From the NCBI GenBank assembly GCA_910583735.1, contig CAJTXS010000003.1, positions 35,457 to 99,456 of the forward strand: a stretch of DNA of 64,000 bases, written 5' to 3'. Under the pieces are notes generated by a model, which saw only the letters and a program-made list of their open reading frames with translations, did not search any database and had not been told where the DNA came from. Shown here one piece after another: positions 18,653 through 28,990 of the stretch; the first letter of the stretch is position 1; the number at the start of each line of letters is the position of its first letter. The DNA is from an uncultured Christensenella sp. GTDB lineage: Bacteria; Bacillota; Clostridia; Christensenellales; UBA3700. The position numbers and the translations under genes are program-made.

Positions 18653-20701
18653 TTACCATACAATCGCCTCGTAGCCGTTAAACCATGTCGGGATTGTCGC
18701 GCCTTTATCCGCAACTACGACTCTTACGCCTTTAGACGCTATGGCGACGACGCCCGCTGCGGGATATGTCACCGAAAAGTCGCTCGAGATATAGTCTCCT
18801 ATTACTACGTTCGATAATATATTATCATAGTAAGTATACCCTTTAGCAATGTAAATCTTGTTACAACGCAACATTTTACTATAATTTTGCACTGAATTGA
18901 GCTGTTCGGGACTAAAATCGTACAAAATGAGCGCATCGATTGAACTCATGCCTCTATCGCTTAAGAATGCTCGGCAGTCGTCGAGATAATAGTCGTCGAC
19001 TGCGCCGCTTATAACGAGATAGTTGCCGCCCGAGGAAGATATCGCAGTATATTGAGTGTCGCCGAGGTCGCTGCAAGCGAAGCCGTCCTTAATAGGACGA
19101 TAAGATATAAACGCCGCAGTCAATACGATTATCGTTACCGCGCAGGCTGCGACAGACAGCGCTCGTTTAATCAGCCCGCGATTAAAGTACGGCGACAGCA
19201 TTAGCAGCGCGATAAAGTACAGCGCGCAGACCGCTTTAGAGATGCTTGCTCTTAAAGACAGCAGGGGCAGGCTCGCAGTAGAGGCAACGACTGATATGAT
19301 GATATTAAACGGCGCGCAGATATATGGCAGTATTACTCCCGCAGCGGGAAATATCACACATAGGGCGGCTGCCAATAGATATACAGGGTATATCACAGAC
19401 ACGAGCGGCACTACGAGGAAGTTGGCGAGCGTAGACGATAGGGACAGACCTTCGAAGTATAAAAGCATAAAGGGAAAAGTCCCCGCGCTTGCCGACAGCG
19501 AGATGGCAAGGACTGACGCAATGCGCGCGGGCATTACTTTGGAAAGCGCGCCGCGTATCTTGTCCGAGCACAGTATTATGCCGAATACGGCTGCGAAACT
19601 CAGCAGAAAGCCGATATCGCCGAGCGCATACGGACATGCCGTAAGTAAGATTACTCCCGCTAAGGAAGCCGATGAAAGCGCGTCGCGGCGCAGTCCGAGA
19701 GCGGAAGCGGACAACGCTATTGTTATCATGATAGCAGCCCGAGTTACAGACGGGGTAAAGGAACAGAGGAAGCAGTATATTGCGAGCAGCGCGGTATTGA
19801 CTGCAAGTATTATCGGAGCGCGCAGCCTAAGTCGCTTAAGCAAGAATATTACGGCGGCAGACAGTATACCCACATGCAGTCCCGATACCGCAAGCAGGTG
19901 CGCGGTGCCCGTAAGGCGAAACGTCGCTTTGACGCCGCTGTCGAGATACTTTGCGTCGCCGAAAGTCATCGCGTAGAGGAAGTCCGCGGTGTCGCCCTTG
20001 CAGTTGCTCTCGAGTACGAGACGCAATCGCAGCCTTAATCTCTCCGTCAATTTCGGTTTGCCGCTTTGAGACGAGAAAGTCTCTTTAATACCCAACGCCT
20101 CGTTGTCGGAGAGGATGTACGCGCGGTGATAGACGCGGTTGCGCGTTGAACGAACGCTCGCGCTGTCCGTAAAGTCGAATTCGGCAGAGCGAATACCGCC
20201 TATAAAAGCTATCTTATCGCCCACTTTAAGACCGGACGCGAGCCTTTCGGGCAGATAAATCTCGCACTTACCCGCTATACGTTTGCCGTCTGCGTATATG
20301 TCGCTAAGATATATGGCCGCGCCGTCCGAAGAGATAATCGAGCCGTCGGGCGAGCACAGCGAGTAATCGGTTATTCTGCCCTCGATATATGCGCTATCGA
20401 TGTCTACGACGCGACTTGCGTAAATGAGCGTATGCGCGGCAGAACTTGTACAGGCGACGGTCATGCCGAGCAAAAGGCACAGCAATACCTTAAAGAATGT
20501 CTTGCGCCTCAAGAAGACGCATAAGAATACTATGCCGAGAAAGAATACGCCCGCAAGCAGAGCGGCGCATATGGGCGGGAGCGCGTAACACAGCGGAATG
20601 GTAATAAGCATACCCGCGAACAGGACGGGTATGAGTCGTAGATTAAACAGGCGTTTCCGGCGCCGAGCGGCGGTATCAGACGTAACGAGCTCTGTTGCCA
20701 A
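18653..20701 (-). CDS. comEC: ComEC/Rec2-family DNA internalisation channel protein
   Basis: 682 aa. N-terminal OB/DUF4131-like region, then a polytopic competence domain (GTAHLLAVSGLHVG). The C-terminal ~200 aa lack the HxHxDH metallo-beta-lactamase motif. Confidence 0.8.
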   Translation of the reverse strand: MATELVTSDTAARRRKRLFNLRLIPVLFAGMLITIPLCYALPPICAALLAGVFFLGIVFLCVFLRRKTFFKVLLCLLLGMTVACTSSAAHTLIYASRVVDIDSAYIEGRITDYSLCSPDGSIISSDGAAIYLSDIYADGKRIAGKCEIYLPERLASGLKVGDKIAFIGGIRSAEFDFTDSASVRSTRNRVYHRAYILSDNEALGIKETFSSQSGKPKLTERLRLRLRLVLESNCKGDTADFLYAMTFGDAKYLDSGVKATFRLTGTAHLLAVSGLHVGILSAAVIFLLKRLRLRAPIILAVNTALLAIYCFLCSFTPSVTRAAIMITIALSASALGLRRDALSSASLAGVILLTACPYALGDIGFLLSFAAVFGIILCSDKIRGALSKVMPARIASVLAISLSASAGTFPFMLLYFEGLSLSSTLANFLVVPLVSVIYPVYLLAAALCVIFPAAGVILPYICAPFNIIISVVASTASLPLLSLRASISKAVCALYFIALLMLSPYFNRGLIKRALSVAACAVTIIVLTAAFISYRPIKDGFACSDLGDTQYTAISSSGGNYLVISGAVDDYYLDDCRAFLSDRGMSSIDALILYDFSPEQLNSVQNYSKMLRCNKIYIAKGYTYYDNILSNVVIGDYISSDFSVTYPAAGVVAIASKGVRVVVADKGATIPTWFNGYEAIVW

Positions 20702-21221
20702 AACGCTTTCCGTATTCCGCGATAGCCTTATCGATTACGGTAAGAGCGTCGCTCCTGCCGTACAGCTCGAGCACCGTCATGGTCTTGCCCTCGAGTTGCT
20801 TATATACTCCGAAGAAATGCTTGATTTCGCTCACTATATGCGGAGGGAGCTGAGAGACGTCCGTATAACAGTTGACATTGGGGTCTTTTAGCGGCACGGC
20901 GAGTATCTTGATGTCTTCCGCGCCCTCGTCAATCATGGCGATGTGTCCTATAGGGCAGCACTCTACCAGCGCGAGCGGCACTATCTGCTCGCTGCATAGC
21001 ACGAGGACGTCGAGCGGGTCGCCGTCGTCGGCATAGGTGCGGGGGATAAATCCATAGTCTGCGGGATAATGCGTGGAGGTATGTAGAATACGGTCGAGGA
21101 TAAGCATGCCTGTATCTTTATCCACCTCGTACTTATTCTTACAGCCCTTAGGAATCTCTATGCATGCGATGAATCTCTCGGGAGTAATGCGCTCGGGAGC
21201 GATGTCGTGCCATATATTCAT
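20676..21221 (-). CDS. ppa: Inorganic pyrophosphatase (family I)
   Basis: 181 aa. EIPKGCKNKYEV and YPADYGFIPRTYADDGDPLDVLVL are classic family I PPase motifs. Confidence 0.92.
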   Translation of the reverse strand: MNIWHDIAPERITPERFIACIEIPKGCKNKYEVDKDTGMLILDRILHTSTHYPADYGFIPRTYADDGDPLDVLVLCSEQIVPLALVECCPIGHIAMIDEGAEDIKILAVPLKDPNVNCYTDVSQLPPHIVSEIKHFFGVYKQLEGKTMTVLELYGRSDALTVIDKAIAEYGKRFGNRARYV

Positions 21222-21405
21222 TATACAACCTCCGTATAAGTGATTGACGGTAGCGCAAGCTACAGTCGCCTGCCGAAGTCGGTTAGCTTTATATCCGCGA
21301 GGCTCATGCCAATTTAAGCAAGAGCCTATCCCTCATATACGCAACCGTAAGCGCGCGAAGAGATACTTGCTCATTAACTTCATCTAAGTCAAAAGCGCTG
21401 AATAT

Positions 21406-22434
21406 TTACCATGCGTTGAATACCTTTTCGGCAAAGCCGCGCTGACCGTCGAATGTAATCTTCGTCCCGTCGTCGCATACAGCTACGCCGTAAAATCTGC
21501 CGAATACCTGATGCTGGTCGGTAGTGATTACTCCGAGGCTTACCCTGTCCCTGCGGTCGATGTCGGGCTTAAAGATGAGGTCGAGCCTGCCCTCGTCGTC
21601 GGTAAAGTGCCACTCGGAAGTATATTCGGGCTTGCCTTCCGCATCGCCTGTGATGCCGAAGTCTACTCTGCCCAGCTTATGCGCCTTGCCAAGTGCAAAA
21701 AGCATATTCTCGCTTGCAGCCGACGTATCGCCGAAGCCGTAGCCCAAGTTGAACCCCACGCGTTCTCCGTCGATGACGCAGCTGAGCGAGCTCCAGTACC
21801 AGGTATTGCTGTATGTCCATACGCCGCGCCCCCAGTCCAGTCCCGCGGTAGCGCTGTCGGGAGTAAAGCTATAAGAGCTGTCTCCGTATGTAAAGCTCCC
21901 TTCCGCCCTCATGCAATTCAGCTTAGCGTTATAATAGAACCTGCCTCGCTTGTCGAATGGCGTGGCGATGACCATATTCTCCTTAAGAGGAGAGGTCAAG
22001 AGGATATCCGCAGTAAGGGTCTTGCCGTCGTGGAAAGACGGATAATTGCAGATAATGCGTCTGCACTGTCCGTCGTTGATTATCTTAATATCGCGTTTGC
22101 CGACCTTAATAGCCGCGTCGCCGCGCTCGTAAGTAGAGGGAAGATTAATCTTGCCCAGCGGCAGCAAGCCTATTGCCGACGCAGTCTTGAAAATCTTACG
22201 CTCGCAGTCCACTACCGAGACGCTCGCCATGGATATGTAGCCGATATCCGCTACAGTGACGCAGAAGAATACCTTGCCGTCGCTTACGTAATAGTAATCC
22301 CACTCCTTAATCCTCAGCTTGGACGCCTTGATTGCCGAGCGGTCGTAGACGCGCACGAGCGAGTTGGCATAGCCCGCCTCTATAAGGTTGCCGTGCTTGT
22401 CGAGCAGATTGCCCTCAGATAATATGTGCTGCAT
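21406..22434 (-). CDS. DUF2804-like protein (unknown function)
   Basis: 342 aa from the ATG at 22434 (MQHIL), preceded by GGAGG. The KEWDYYYV pattern resembles DUF2804. Function unknown. Confidence 0.55.
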   Translation of the reverse strand: MQHILSEGNLLDKHGNLIEAGYANSLVRVYDRSAIKASKLRIKEWDYYYVSDGKVFFCVTVADIGYISMASVSVVDCERKIFKTASAIGLLPLGKINLPSTYERGDAAIKVGKRDIKIINDGQCRRIICNYPSFHDGKTLTADILLTSPLKENMVIATPFDKRGRFYYNAKLNCMRAEGSFTYGDSSYSFTPDSATAGLDWGRGVWTYSNTWYWSSLSCVIDGERVGFNLGYGFGDTSAASENMLFALGKAHKLGRVDFGITGDAEGKPEYTSEWHFTDDEGRLDLIFKPDIDRRDRVSLGVITTDQHQVFGRFYGVAVCDDGTKITFDGQRGFAEKVFNAW

Positions 22435-22555
22435 AATCGTCCTCCCTCTTAAGTATAACACCGCAATGCTCGGGTGTAAATACCGACGCGAAAAAGATTA
22501 TGAAAAAAAGCGGGAGAAGTCTCCCTCTCCCGCATAGGCGAATCAATATCGCGTA

Positions 22556-23395
22556 TTACATTACATCACGCGCAACTATATAATATCCCCAGCGCGTATC
22601 GGAAATCTGCTCTATTACCGCATGGTCGGACGCCGTATGCAGTATGTAATTTTCCCCAAGATACAATGCTACGTGTCCTATGCGCTCGACGCCCGTCTTG
22701 TTGTATCGCGACGCGTTGGTGAAGAACATCAGGTCGCCTCTCTTGAGGTCGGCGCGCTTTACTTCGCTGCCCTGCAATACTTGGGTGCGGGTATTGAGGT
22801 CGAGATTGACCCCCGCTCCCTTGTAGAATATGTATTGCATGAGCGCCGAGCAATCGAACTCTCCCGCCTTAAACGCGGTATTGAGTTTCCCGTTGCCCCA
22901 GTGATATCGCTGGCTGCCCCATACGTAGGGATGACCGAGCAGCTTCTTGCCCTCTTCCACTACTCTCTCCGTCCTTTCGTCGCCCATGGCAAAGCTCATC
23001 TCGCGTACGTAAGAGGCGGACACATAAGCGGTGCGCTCTCTGTATACCGTAGGATACCAGCCGTCCTCGGGCTCTCCGAGTTTGGCAACGCCGTCTCCCT
23101 TATCGAGCGTGCCCAAACTGGAGTACTTAGAACCTTTGCCGCTGCGCACGTTGAGCGAGTTTACAGTAGCAATGAGCACCGTATCGTAGCGCGTAGACAG
23201 CGCGGGTCTGTCGGCATCGGGGTCACCCGCGACGGGCTTGTCCGATTGGTCGGGCGCGGAAGGTCCGTCGGGCTCGGGGGACGGAGCAGGCGTATAGTCG
23301 GGTTCTGCGGGCGGATTGTAAGTGTGTCCGCAAGCCGCCACAGTCGTAATAAGTATGGCAATCAATGCTGCCGCAATAATTATCTTAGTCTTCAT
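22556..23395 (-). CDS. NlpC/P60 (C40) cell-wall hydrolase lipoprotein with SH3-like domain
   Basis: 279 aa. Lipobox VAAC, Pro-rich linker, SH3b-like segment (LNVRSGKGSKY). Catalytic Cys FDCSALMQYIF and His GHVALYLG. Confidence 0.85.
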   Translation of the reverse strand: MKTKIIIAAALIAILITTVAACGHTYNPPAEPDYTPAPSPEPDGPSAPDQSDKPVAGDPDADRPALSTRYDTVLIATVNSLNVRSGKGSKYSSLGTLDKGDGVAKLGEPEDGWYPTVYRERTAYVSASYVREMSFAMGDERTERVVEEGKKLLGHPYVWGSQRYHWGNGKLNTAFKAGEFDCSALMQYIFYKGAGVNLDLNTRTQVLQGSEVKRADLKRGDLMFFTNASRYNKTGVERIGHVALYLGENYILHTASDHAVIEQISDTRWGYYIVARDVM

Positions 23396-24025
23396 ATACT
23401 CTCCTCATCGCGGGGCTTAACCGCCCTGCATGTGAAAGTATATAACACTCTTGTCGCGCTTTCAATATGAAAAAATTTCCATTAATCTATCGGGCGACTT
23501 AAATTGCGACGCGATTAATAAGCCTCGCGGTCGGATATCCGATTAAACGACTGCGATTATAGCGACGAAATGTTGCGTATATGAAAATGTAATTATATTA
23601 ATCTAAATAAGTACGCGTGTTGATTTTTGCTGCAACCGAAACTGCCTAACACAGCAGATGATTTTGTGTAAGTCGCGGCATAATGCGCGCACGGACATCT
23701 AAATAAAAAGCATTATATTGACAAGGCGCAACGAAAAGGGAGATTGATTAGTCCGTCTTTAATTTGAATAATGCAAAGCTGTTATTGCTAATTTGTACAT
23801 TGTTATAGCGCAGAAGGTATTTATATATATCGCTATTAATTAGGCGCGGTCGAATGAACAAATAGATTTAATGTTATATAGGCAAAACGCTGCGTATACG
23901 GCTTAAAATAAATTTATGTAAGTCCTAATAAGCAATGGCATAATGTTTTACTCGCAGATAATTTTACCGCGACAGGAGTAAAAGCGCATATAAGCCGCTT
24001 CGACAGAGATTGACGGCTACGGGGT

Positions 24026-24054
24026 AAAAAAAAGAGAGCCGTTCGGGCTCTCTT
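24026..24054 (-). terminator. Rho-independent terminator after the protease pair
   Basis: Minus strand reads AAGAGAGCCCGAACGGCTCTCTT followed by TTTTTTT. Confidence 0.8.
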
Positions 24055-24064
24055 GTAAGGCTGT

Positions 24065-24871
24065 TTATTCCGTAGGCGCTTGATAGGGCGGCGTCGTGGC
24101 GTAAGCTACGCCGTGCTCGCCGAGGAACGCCATTACCGCTGTAGAAGGCACCGCGCATGCAAGTCCGTAGATGTCGTTGCTCTGCGCGCCCGTAGCGGAC
24201 GAGCTCTCGAAACGCGCGTATATCAGTCCTACGACGGCTCCCTTGGCGTTGATCATGGGACCGCCGCTGTTGCCGTGGTTGATAGAAGCGTTGATAATGA
24301 TAGAGTTAAAGGAATAGTTGCGGTCGTCCGAACCCGAGTACACGGAGAGATTGGACACTATACCCGTGCCTACGATTATGCCGAGGTCTGCGGGATTGCC
24401 GATGATATATACCGTGTCGCCCACGTAGAGGTTTTCTTTGCTTCCGCTGCTGGCAAAGTAGAGATAATCTTTACCTTGAGTGTCTGCCTTGAGCAGGGCT
24501 ACGTCGCGCTTGGGGTCGGATGCGACAAGCGTCGCCTTGAGGGTCTGACCGTTGCCGTCTCGCACGGAGCACTCGCCTTTGTTAGATACGACGTGATGGT
24601 TGGTTACAATGTATCCGTCTGCCGTGACGAAAAAGCCGCTGCCTGCGGAATTGCCCGAGTATACCTGCAACGCCGCGCCGAGACAGTTGTTGGCGACGAT
24701 GTTGCCTACGGTGGCGTTGCCCACATTGTCGAGATACTGTACCTTGTTGTTGACTTGGGTATCTCCGCCGAGCAGAGAGTCGAACAGAGAGCAACCGCAC
24801 AGCGCTACGGCGATGCAGACGCAAATAATCGTTATGACGACGGATAGCCGTCTTAATCTACGGTCGGTCAA
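24065..24871 (-). CDS. Membrane-anchored trypsin-fold (S1) serine protease
   Basis: 268 aa. N-terminal TM/lipobox-like LCGC. Motifs IVTNHHVV (His), RDVALLKA (Asp) and HGNSGGPMI (Ser). Confidence 0.85.
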   Translation of the reverse strand: MTDRRLRRLSVVITIICVCIAVALCGCSLFDSLLGGDTQVNNKVQYLDNVGNATVGNIVANNCLGAALQVYSGNSAGSGFFVTADGYIVTNHHVVSNKGECSVRDGNGQTLKATLVASDPKRDVALLKADTQGKDYLYFASSGSKENLYVGDTVYIIGNPADLGIIVGTGIVSNLSVYSGSDDRNYSFNSIIINASINHGNSGGPMINAKGAVVGLIYARFESSSATGAQSNDIYGLACAVPSTAVMAFLGEHGVAYATTPPYQAPTE

Positions 24872-24874
24872 TAT

Positions 24875-25771
24875 TTATACTCCTTTTTTATCGAGGTAGG
24901 GCGAGCACAGATTGTAAAGCGTATGCGCGGGGATTGCCGCCGCCAGTCCGTAAATATCCTGCTCTTGCGAGTTGTGTTTATCTTGGGACAGCAGTCTGGT
25001 AAAGTTCATGCCCGTAACCTTACCGTCGGAGCCCACGATGATACCGCCTACGCTGCATGCGGGATACTCGCCTGCGACGACGTCTATCTTGAATTTACGC
25101 GGTACGTAATCGATGGGCATGGCGGATAGGTATTTGACGCTGTCCTCGCCCGTTGCTCCCACTGCGGCGGACGCCATGATGGGACATGCCTTAATCGAGC
25201 CGCGATTGTCGTAGCAATACATCATATATGCGCTGTCGCCTACGGTAGCGTCCGAAAAATCGGATAAATCTGCATAATTGAGCGACTTTGCTCCGCGCAA
25301 TTTAAGCAGCGCTACATCGCTGTTATTCCACCCCTCGATATAGTCCGCTTCGTATTCCTCGACCGCAGTTGAGTCGTACGACTCGGAGCGTGATAGGTAT
25401 ACTTTATAGGTATATTTCTCGCTGGATAATACGCTGTTTTCGTTGCCGCCGCGCACGCCGTGATAAGTCGTCACGACATATCCGTCCGCAGATATAATCG
25501 CGCCGCTGACCGGATGATAGTCTCTCGAGCTGCCGGTGCCGAGCGGAGCGCCGTATGTGGTGTACTTGCAGTTGGCTTTGATTGTGACGGCTACGCCCTT
25601 GTACTGCTCGGCTATGTTTCGTCCCGTGTCGGATGCAAGGTCGTAATCGTAAAGGTAATAGTACTTGTCTATTACGGTAGTCTTCTTGCAGGCGCACAGA
25701 CAAACGGCGGCAATACATATTGCCGCTACTGTCAATATAGTAAGTGAAATGCGCCTGAGGCGATGCCGCAT
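24875..25771 (-). CDS. Trypsin-fold protease paralog with a non-canonical Ser motif
   Basis: 298 aa from the ATG at 25771 (MRHRLRR). Has VVTTYHGV (His) and SDVALLKL (Asp), but GxSGG is replaced by ACSVGG. Lies 3 nt upstream of the canonical paralog. Confidence 0.7.
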   Translation of the reverse strand: MRHRLRRISLTILTVAAICIAAVCLCACKKTTVIDKYYYLYDYDLASDTGRNIAEQYKGVAVTIKANCKYTTYGAPLGTGSSRDYHPVSGAIISADGYVVTTYHGVRGGNENSVLSSEKYTYKVYLSRSESYDSTAVEEYEADYIEGWNNSDVALLKLRGAKSLNYADLSDFSDATVGDSAYMMYCYDNRGSIKACPIMASAAVGATGEDSVKYLSAMPIDYVPRKFKIDVVAGEYPACSVGGIIVGSDGKVTGMNFTRLLSQDKHNSQEQDIYGLAAAIPAHTLYNLCSPYLDKKGV

Positions 25772-25799
25772 AAGCCGCTCCTTAAATATAATCGAAATA

Positions 25800-26657
25800 T
25801 TACTCTTTGCTAAGCGTCCATACTTCGGTATGTACCGCGCACTCGCCCGCGTCAAGCGCCTTTAAGGGAGAGAGCGTCTCCATCTCCGTGAACAGGTGAG
25901 AGGAATATATCTCCGTATTGCAAGAGAAGTCGGGATAGTCGCCCTGCTCCGCTTGCCAGCTCTTGGTGAATACCAAGCCGTGATTATAGGCTCGCACTAC
26001 GCCGAGAGTATTCATCAGACCTATCTTCATGGGCGACGCGCTGCTGTCGAATGTCACGGTCACGCAGTCGTCGTCTACGGTAAGACGGGGGTCTTTGATG
26101 CTGTTGTAGCTCCACAGCACTAAATTGCGGTTGGGCAACAGTCCCGTATCGGATGTGTCGAGAGGAGCCTTGACTACCGCTCCGCCCGCGAGCACGGTAA
26201 GCGCCCAAAGGCTGACGGGAGGAAGCGGAGCCGACGTGCCGTTAAGGAAGCGGTGCTCTATCCTGAAAGCTCCGTCGTCGGACGCGGTGATATACATGCT
26301 TTTGACAAGACCCGTCGAGGGCTCGAAAGCCGAAGAAAAACGCACGCCGTCACCCTCGCGCTCCACCTTGACGGGCGCGTTGTCGGGGAAATAAGAAGCG
26401 ATATCCTCGGGAGACTTCCACAGTCTGTGACCGCCGTATATGTGCCAATCGCCCATACCTTTGAGCGAAGGGTCCATGAGCGAGTTGCTCTTGTTGACCT
26501 CGTCCTCGGTATCGGTAAAGAACATATTGGGCGAGCCGTCGTAAGTGAGCGAAGCTATACGCGGACCGTAGTCGAGCGTGACAAGCAGGGTAACTTTGCC
26601 TGCGGTAAGCGACATACATCTGCCGTAGTTTTGCGTATCTGTTTCTTTGACGAGCAT
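25800..26657 (-). CDS. Hypothetical beta-rich protein, possibly carbohydrate-related
   Basis: 285-aa ORF downstream of a GPH sugar transporter. No motif recognised with certainty; a mutarotase-like fold is only a guess. Confidence 0.5.
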   Translation of the reverse strand: MLVKETDTQNYGRCMSLTAGKVTLLVTLDYGPRIASLTYDGSPNMFFTDTEDEVNKSNSLMDPSLKGMGDWHIYGGHRLWKSPEDIASYFPDNAPVKVEREGDGVRFSSAFEPSTGLVKSMYITASDDGAFRIEHRFLNGTSAPLPPVSLWALTVLAGGAVVKAPLDTSDTGLLPNRNLVLWSYNSIKDPRLTVDDDCVTVTFDSSASPMKIGLMNTLGVVRAYNHGLVFTKSWQAEQGDYPDFSCNTEIYSSHLFTEMETLSPLKALDAGECAVHTEVWTLSKE

Positions 26658-26768
26658 GTGCTCTACCTCCGTTATGTAGAAACTATACTATTATTATAAC
26701 AAACAATAGTCGTAAATAACATAAAATTATTGTAATAACGCGCTTTTTGCGATAAATTCGACTTTAAT

Positions 26769-28328
26769 TTATTCGCCGTCCGCTCCGTCGTTACCTTGAG
26801 CGGGCGTGCTCTTGCGCTCTTTCTTGACTTTGGAAGCTCCCGCAAGCTCATTGAGAAGCGCCTCGCGCTCCGCCTGCTCCCCGTCCGTCAATGTATCGTT
26901 GTTGCCCGCGCGCTGCACGTCGAGGTAATACCTTACCCGAACGAGCTTCTTATCGGTAATCTTGTATAGCATAGAGAATAGGAAACCGAGCGAAATGAGC
27001 ACGGTGACAGACGCGCCGAGCAGCACTCTTATCGCAATCAGCGCGGACTTGGGCTGCACTTGATTGACGCCGCTGATGTAGTGCGCTCCCGACAGCACCC
27101 AGCCCACTATGAGAATGGCGAGCGCGGTGCATATCTTGCGGCTGAATGTCATAAGACCGGAGAAAGACCCCGTGTCGCGCTTGCCCAATTTGAGCTCGGC
27201 TACGTCCACGGTATCGGGGAAGATGAGCCAAGGCATCATCTGCGTGCCGCCGAAACCCAATCCCAGTATTACGGCGAAGAGGGGCACAAGCCAGGTAGGC
27301 CAGCTCGGCTGATACACGGCGAGCAAGATGGCGCCCGCAATATAGAGGGGCATGCCCACGCGGAAAGCGAACTGCTTGCTCTTAATCTTCATGAAATAAT
27401 AGCACAGAGGTACTACGCATGCCGCGAGCACCATCATAGGACCTATCACGAACAGAGAACTCATATTCATGCCGAACAGCTTAAGTCCGCTTAAGATATT
27501 GTCGCAGTAATAGATTGCGAGCGCGGATATAAGGTCCATAGTGAGGAATGACGTGATGTACATGCCCAGATGCAGTCTAAAAGACTTAATCTTGAGCGGC
27601 TCGCTGTAAGACTTGAAAGAAAAGCGTTGCTTGCTCTCGGGCAGCGGCGTGCGCTCCTTTACGGTGAGCGCGCACAGTATCAGCGTAAGCGCGAATACCG
27701 AGCCGAAGCCGAGCGATATTATCAGCCAAAATTGAGTGAGAGTGATGTTGCTCTCCTTAAACGCCTGCCATATCAGCGACGGTATGAGATAGCACAGACC
27801 CGCAGCCGCCATGTCGGTGACCAGCTTGAAAGTATTGGCGGCGTTACGCTGCCTGTAGTCGGAAGATATGTCGGATGAGAGCGAGCAATAAGGCACCTGC
27901 GATACGGTGGATACAGTGCAGTACACTAGGTAGGCGATAGCCACTACTACGACCTTGCCGTAATATTGACCGCTGCCCTCTACCGCGCCCCAAGTCCAAG
28001 GCGCAAACAGGAATAACATGGCAGGGACGATAAGCAGTCCGCCGAGGAAGATAAAGGGCTTACGCCTGCCCAGCTTGCTGCGGAAATTGTCGGACAGATT
28101 GCCCATAAAGGGGTCGGACACCGCGTCCCAGAACTTGGCGAGCGTGATGATAGTGCCCGCTATGCCCGCTCCTATGCCCAGACCGTCCGTCATGAACACG
28201 AGCAGAATGAGCGAAATCATCGTGGCTTGTCCGCCGCCGAAGAAGTCGCCTATTCCGTAACTTATCTTTTCGCGCAGCGGTATGTAGTCCTCTGCGGCGC
28301 AGGGCAACGGTCTGTCGGATTTCTTCAT
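26769..28328 (-). CDS. MFS transporter of the glycoside-pentoside-hexuronide (GPH) type
   Basis: 519 aa with about 12 TM helices. N-terminal KISYGIGDFFGG...DAVSDPFMGNLSD is typical of GPH/MelB-like sugar:cation symporters. Confidence 0.8.
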   Translation of the reverse strand: MKKSDRPLPCAAEDYIPLREKISYGIGDFFGGGQATMISLILLVFMTDGLGIGAGIAGTIITLAKFWDAVSDPFMGNLSDNFRSKLGRRKPFIFLGGLLIVPAMLFLFAPWTWGAVEGSGQYYGKVVVVAIAYLVYCTVSTVSQVPYCSLSSDISSDYRQRNAANTFKLVTDMAAAGLCYLIPSLIWQAFKESNITLTQFWLIISLGFGSVFALTLILCALTVKERTPLPESKQRFSFKSYSEPLKIKSFRLHLGMYITSFLTMDLISALAIYYCDNILSGLKLFGMNMSSLFVIGPMMVLAACVVPLCYYFMKIKSKQFAFRVGMPLYIAGAILLAVYQPSWPTWLVPLFAVILGLGFGGTQMMPWLIFPDTVDVAELKLGKRDTGSFSGLMTFSRKICTALAILIVGWVLSGAHYISGVNQVQPKSALIAIRVLLGASVTVLISLGFLFSMLYKITDKKLVRVRYYLDVQRAGNNDTLTDGEQAEREALLNELAGASKVKKERKSTPAQGNDGADGE

Positions 28329-28919
28329 TTATTCACCTCGTATAGCCGACTGAGGGCATCGGCGCGGTAGTAATTATATAAATTGCGGACTGCTATTATT
28401 AATAGACATGCCCGCTCTTCAATCTAAGACTGCACGCGCGAGGGACTTATATCGCGCTATGTATTAATTATAAGGTAGAGGGCGCTTCGGTGTCAATGCC
28501 GCAGATGTAAGGTCCCGTCAAGATTTTTCCTCGCAAATAAATAATAAATTTTATTCGTTTTACAACCTTACTATTGTGTATTATATAAAAAATTACCGTG
28601 CGATTTGACGTATGTATATCGGATAGATAATATAAAATGACGGCCGCTCATAGCGCGACCGTCGGGTGAGGAGGGATAGATATGTTAGCTCGGACGGCAA
28701 AATGAATAAAACCGTCCGTCATATCTCGATTGTCAAGTCGGACATACGGCTTGTCCGCGGCTGTCCGAGAAAGGAAGATATTACGCTTCCTATACAGTCA
28801 CATCATAACACGGCTAAGCGATTAATTCTACGCCTAATCGCATATTTTACAATTAACTTATCCACCTTTTACATTCAAGTAACGAATATTAACATTCGTC
28901 AGTAAAATTTTACCTTTTG

Positions 28920-28948
28920 TTGACATATTGATATAACAATCGTATAAT
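28920..28948 (+). promoter_or_regulatory. Consensus SigA-type promoter for the 28991 gene
   Basis: TTGACA, a 17-nt spacer, then TATAAT, both exact. RBS AAGGAGA lies downstream. Confidence 0.7.
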
Positions 28949-28990
28949 ATATCCGTAATTTAGCCATAGAGGCTTAAAAAGGAGAAATAA

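Noticed and set aside
23396-23760. A possible c-di-AMP (ydaO-type) riboswitch upstream of the NlpC/P60 hydrolase, a common association
   Set aside because: Reading the minus-strand leader, I could not find the conserved ydaO elements (paired ACGGGG/CCCGA-type segments with pseudo-twofold symmetry). Only a promoter-like TTGAAA...TATATA and a small hairpin are present. A covariance-model scan would settle it.
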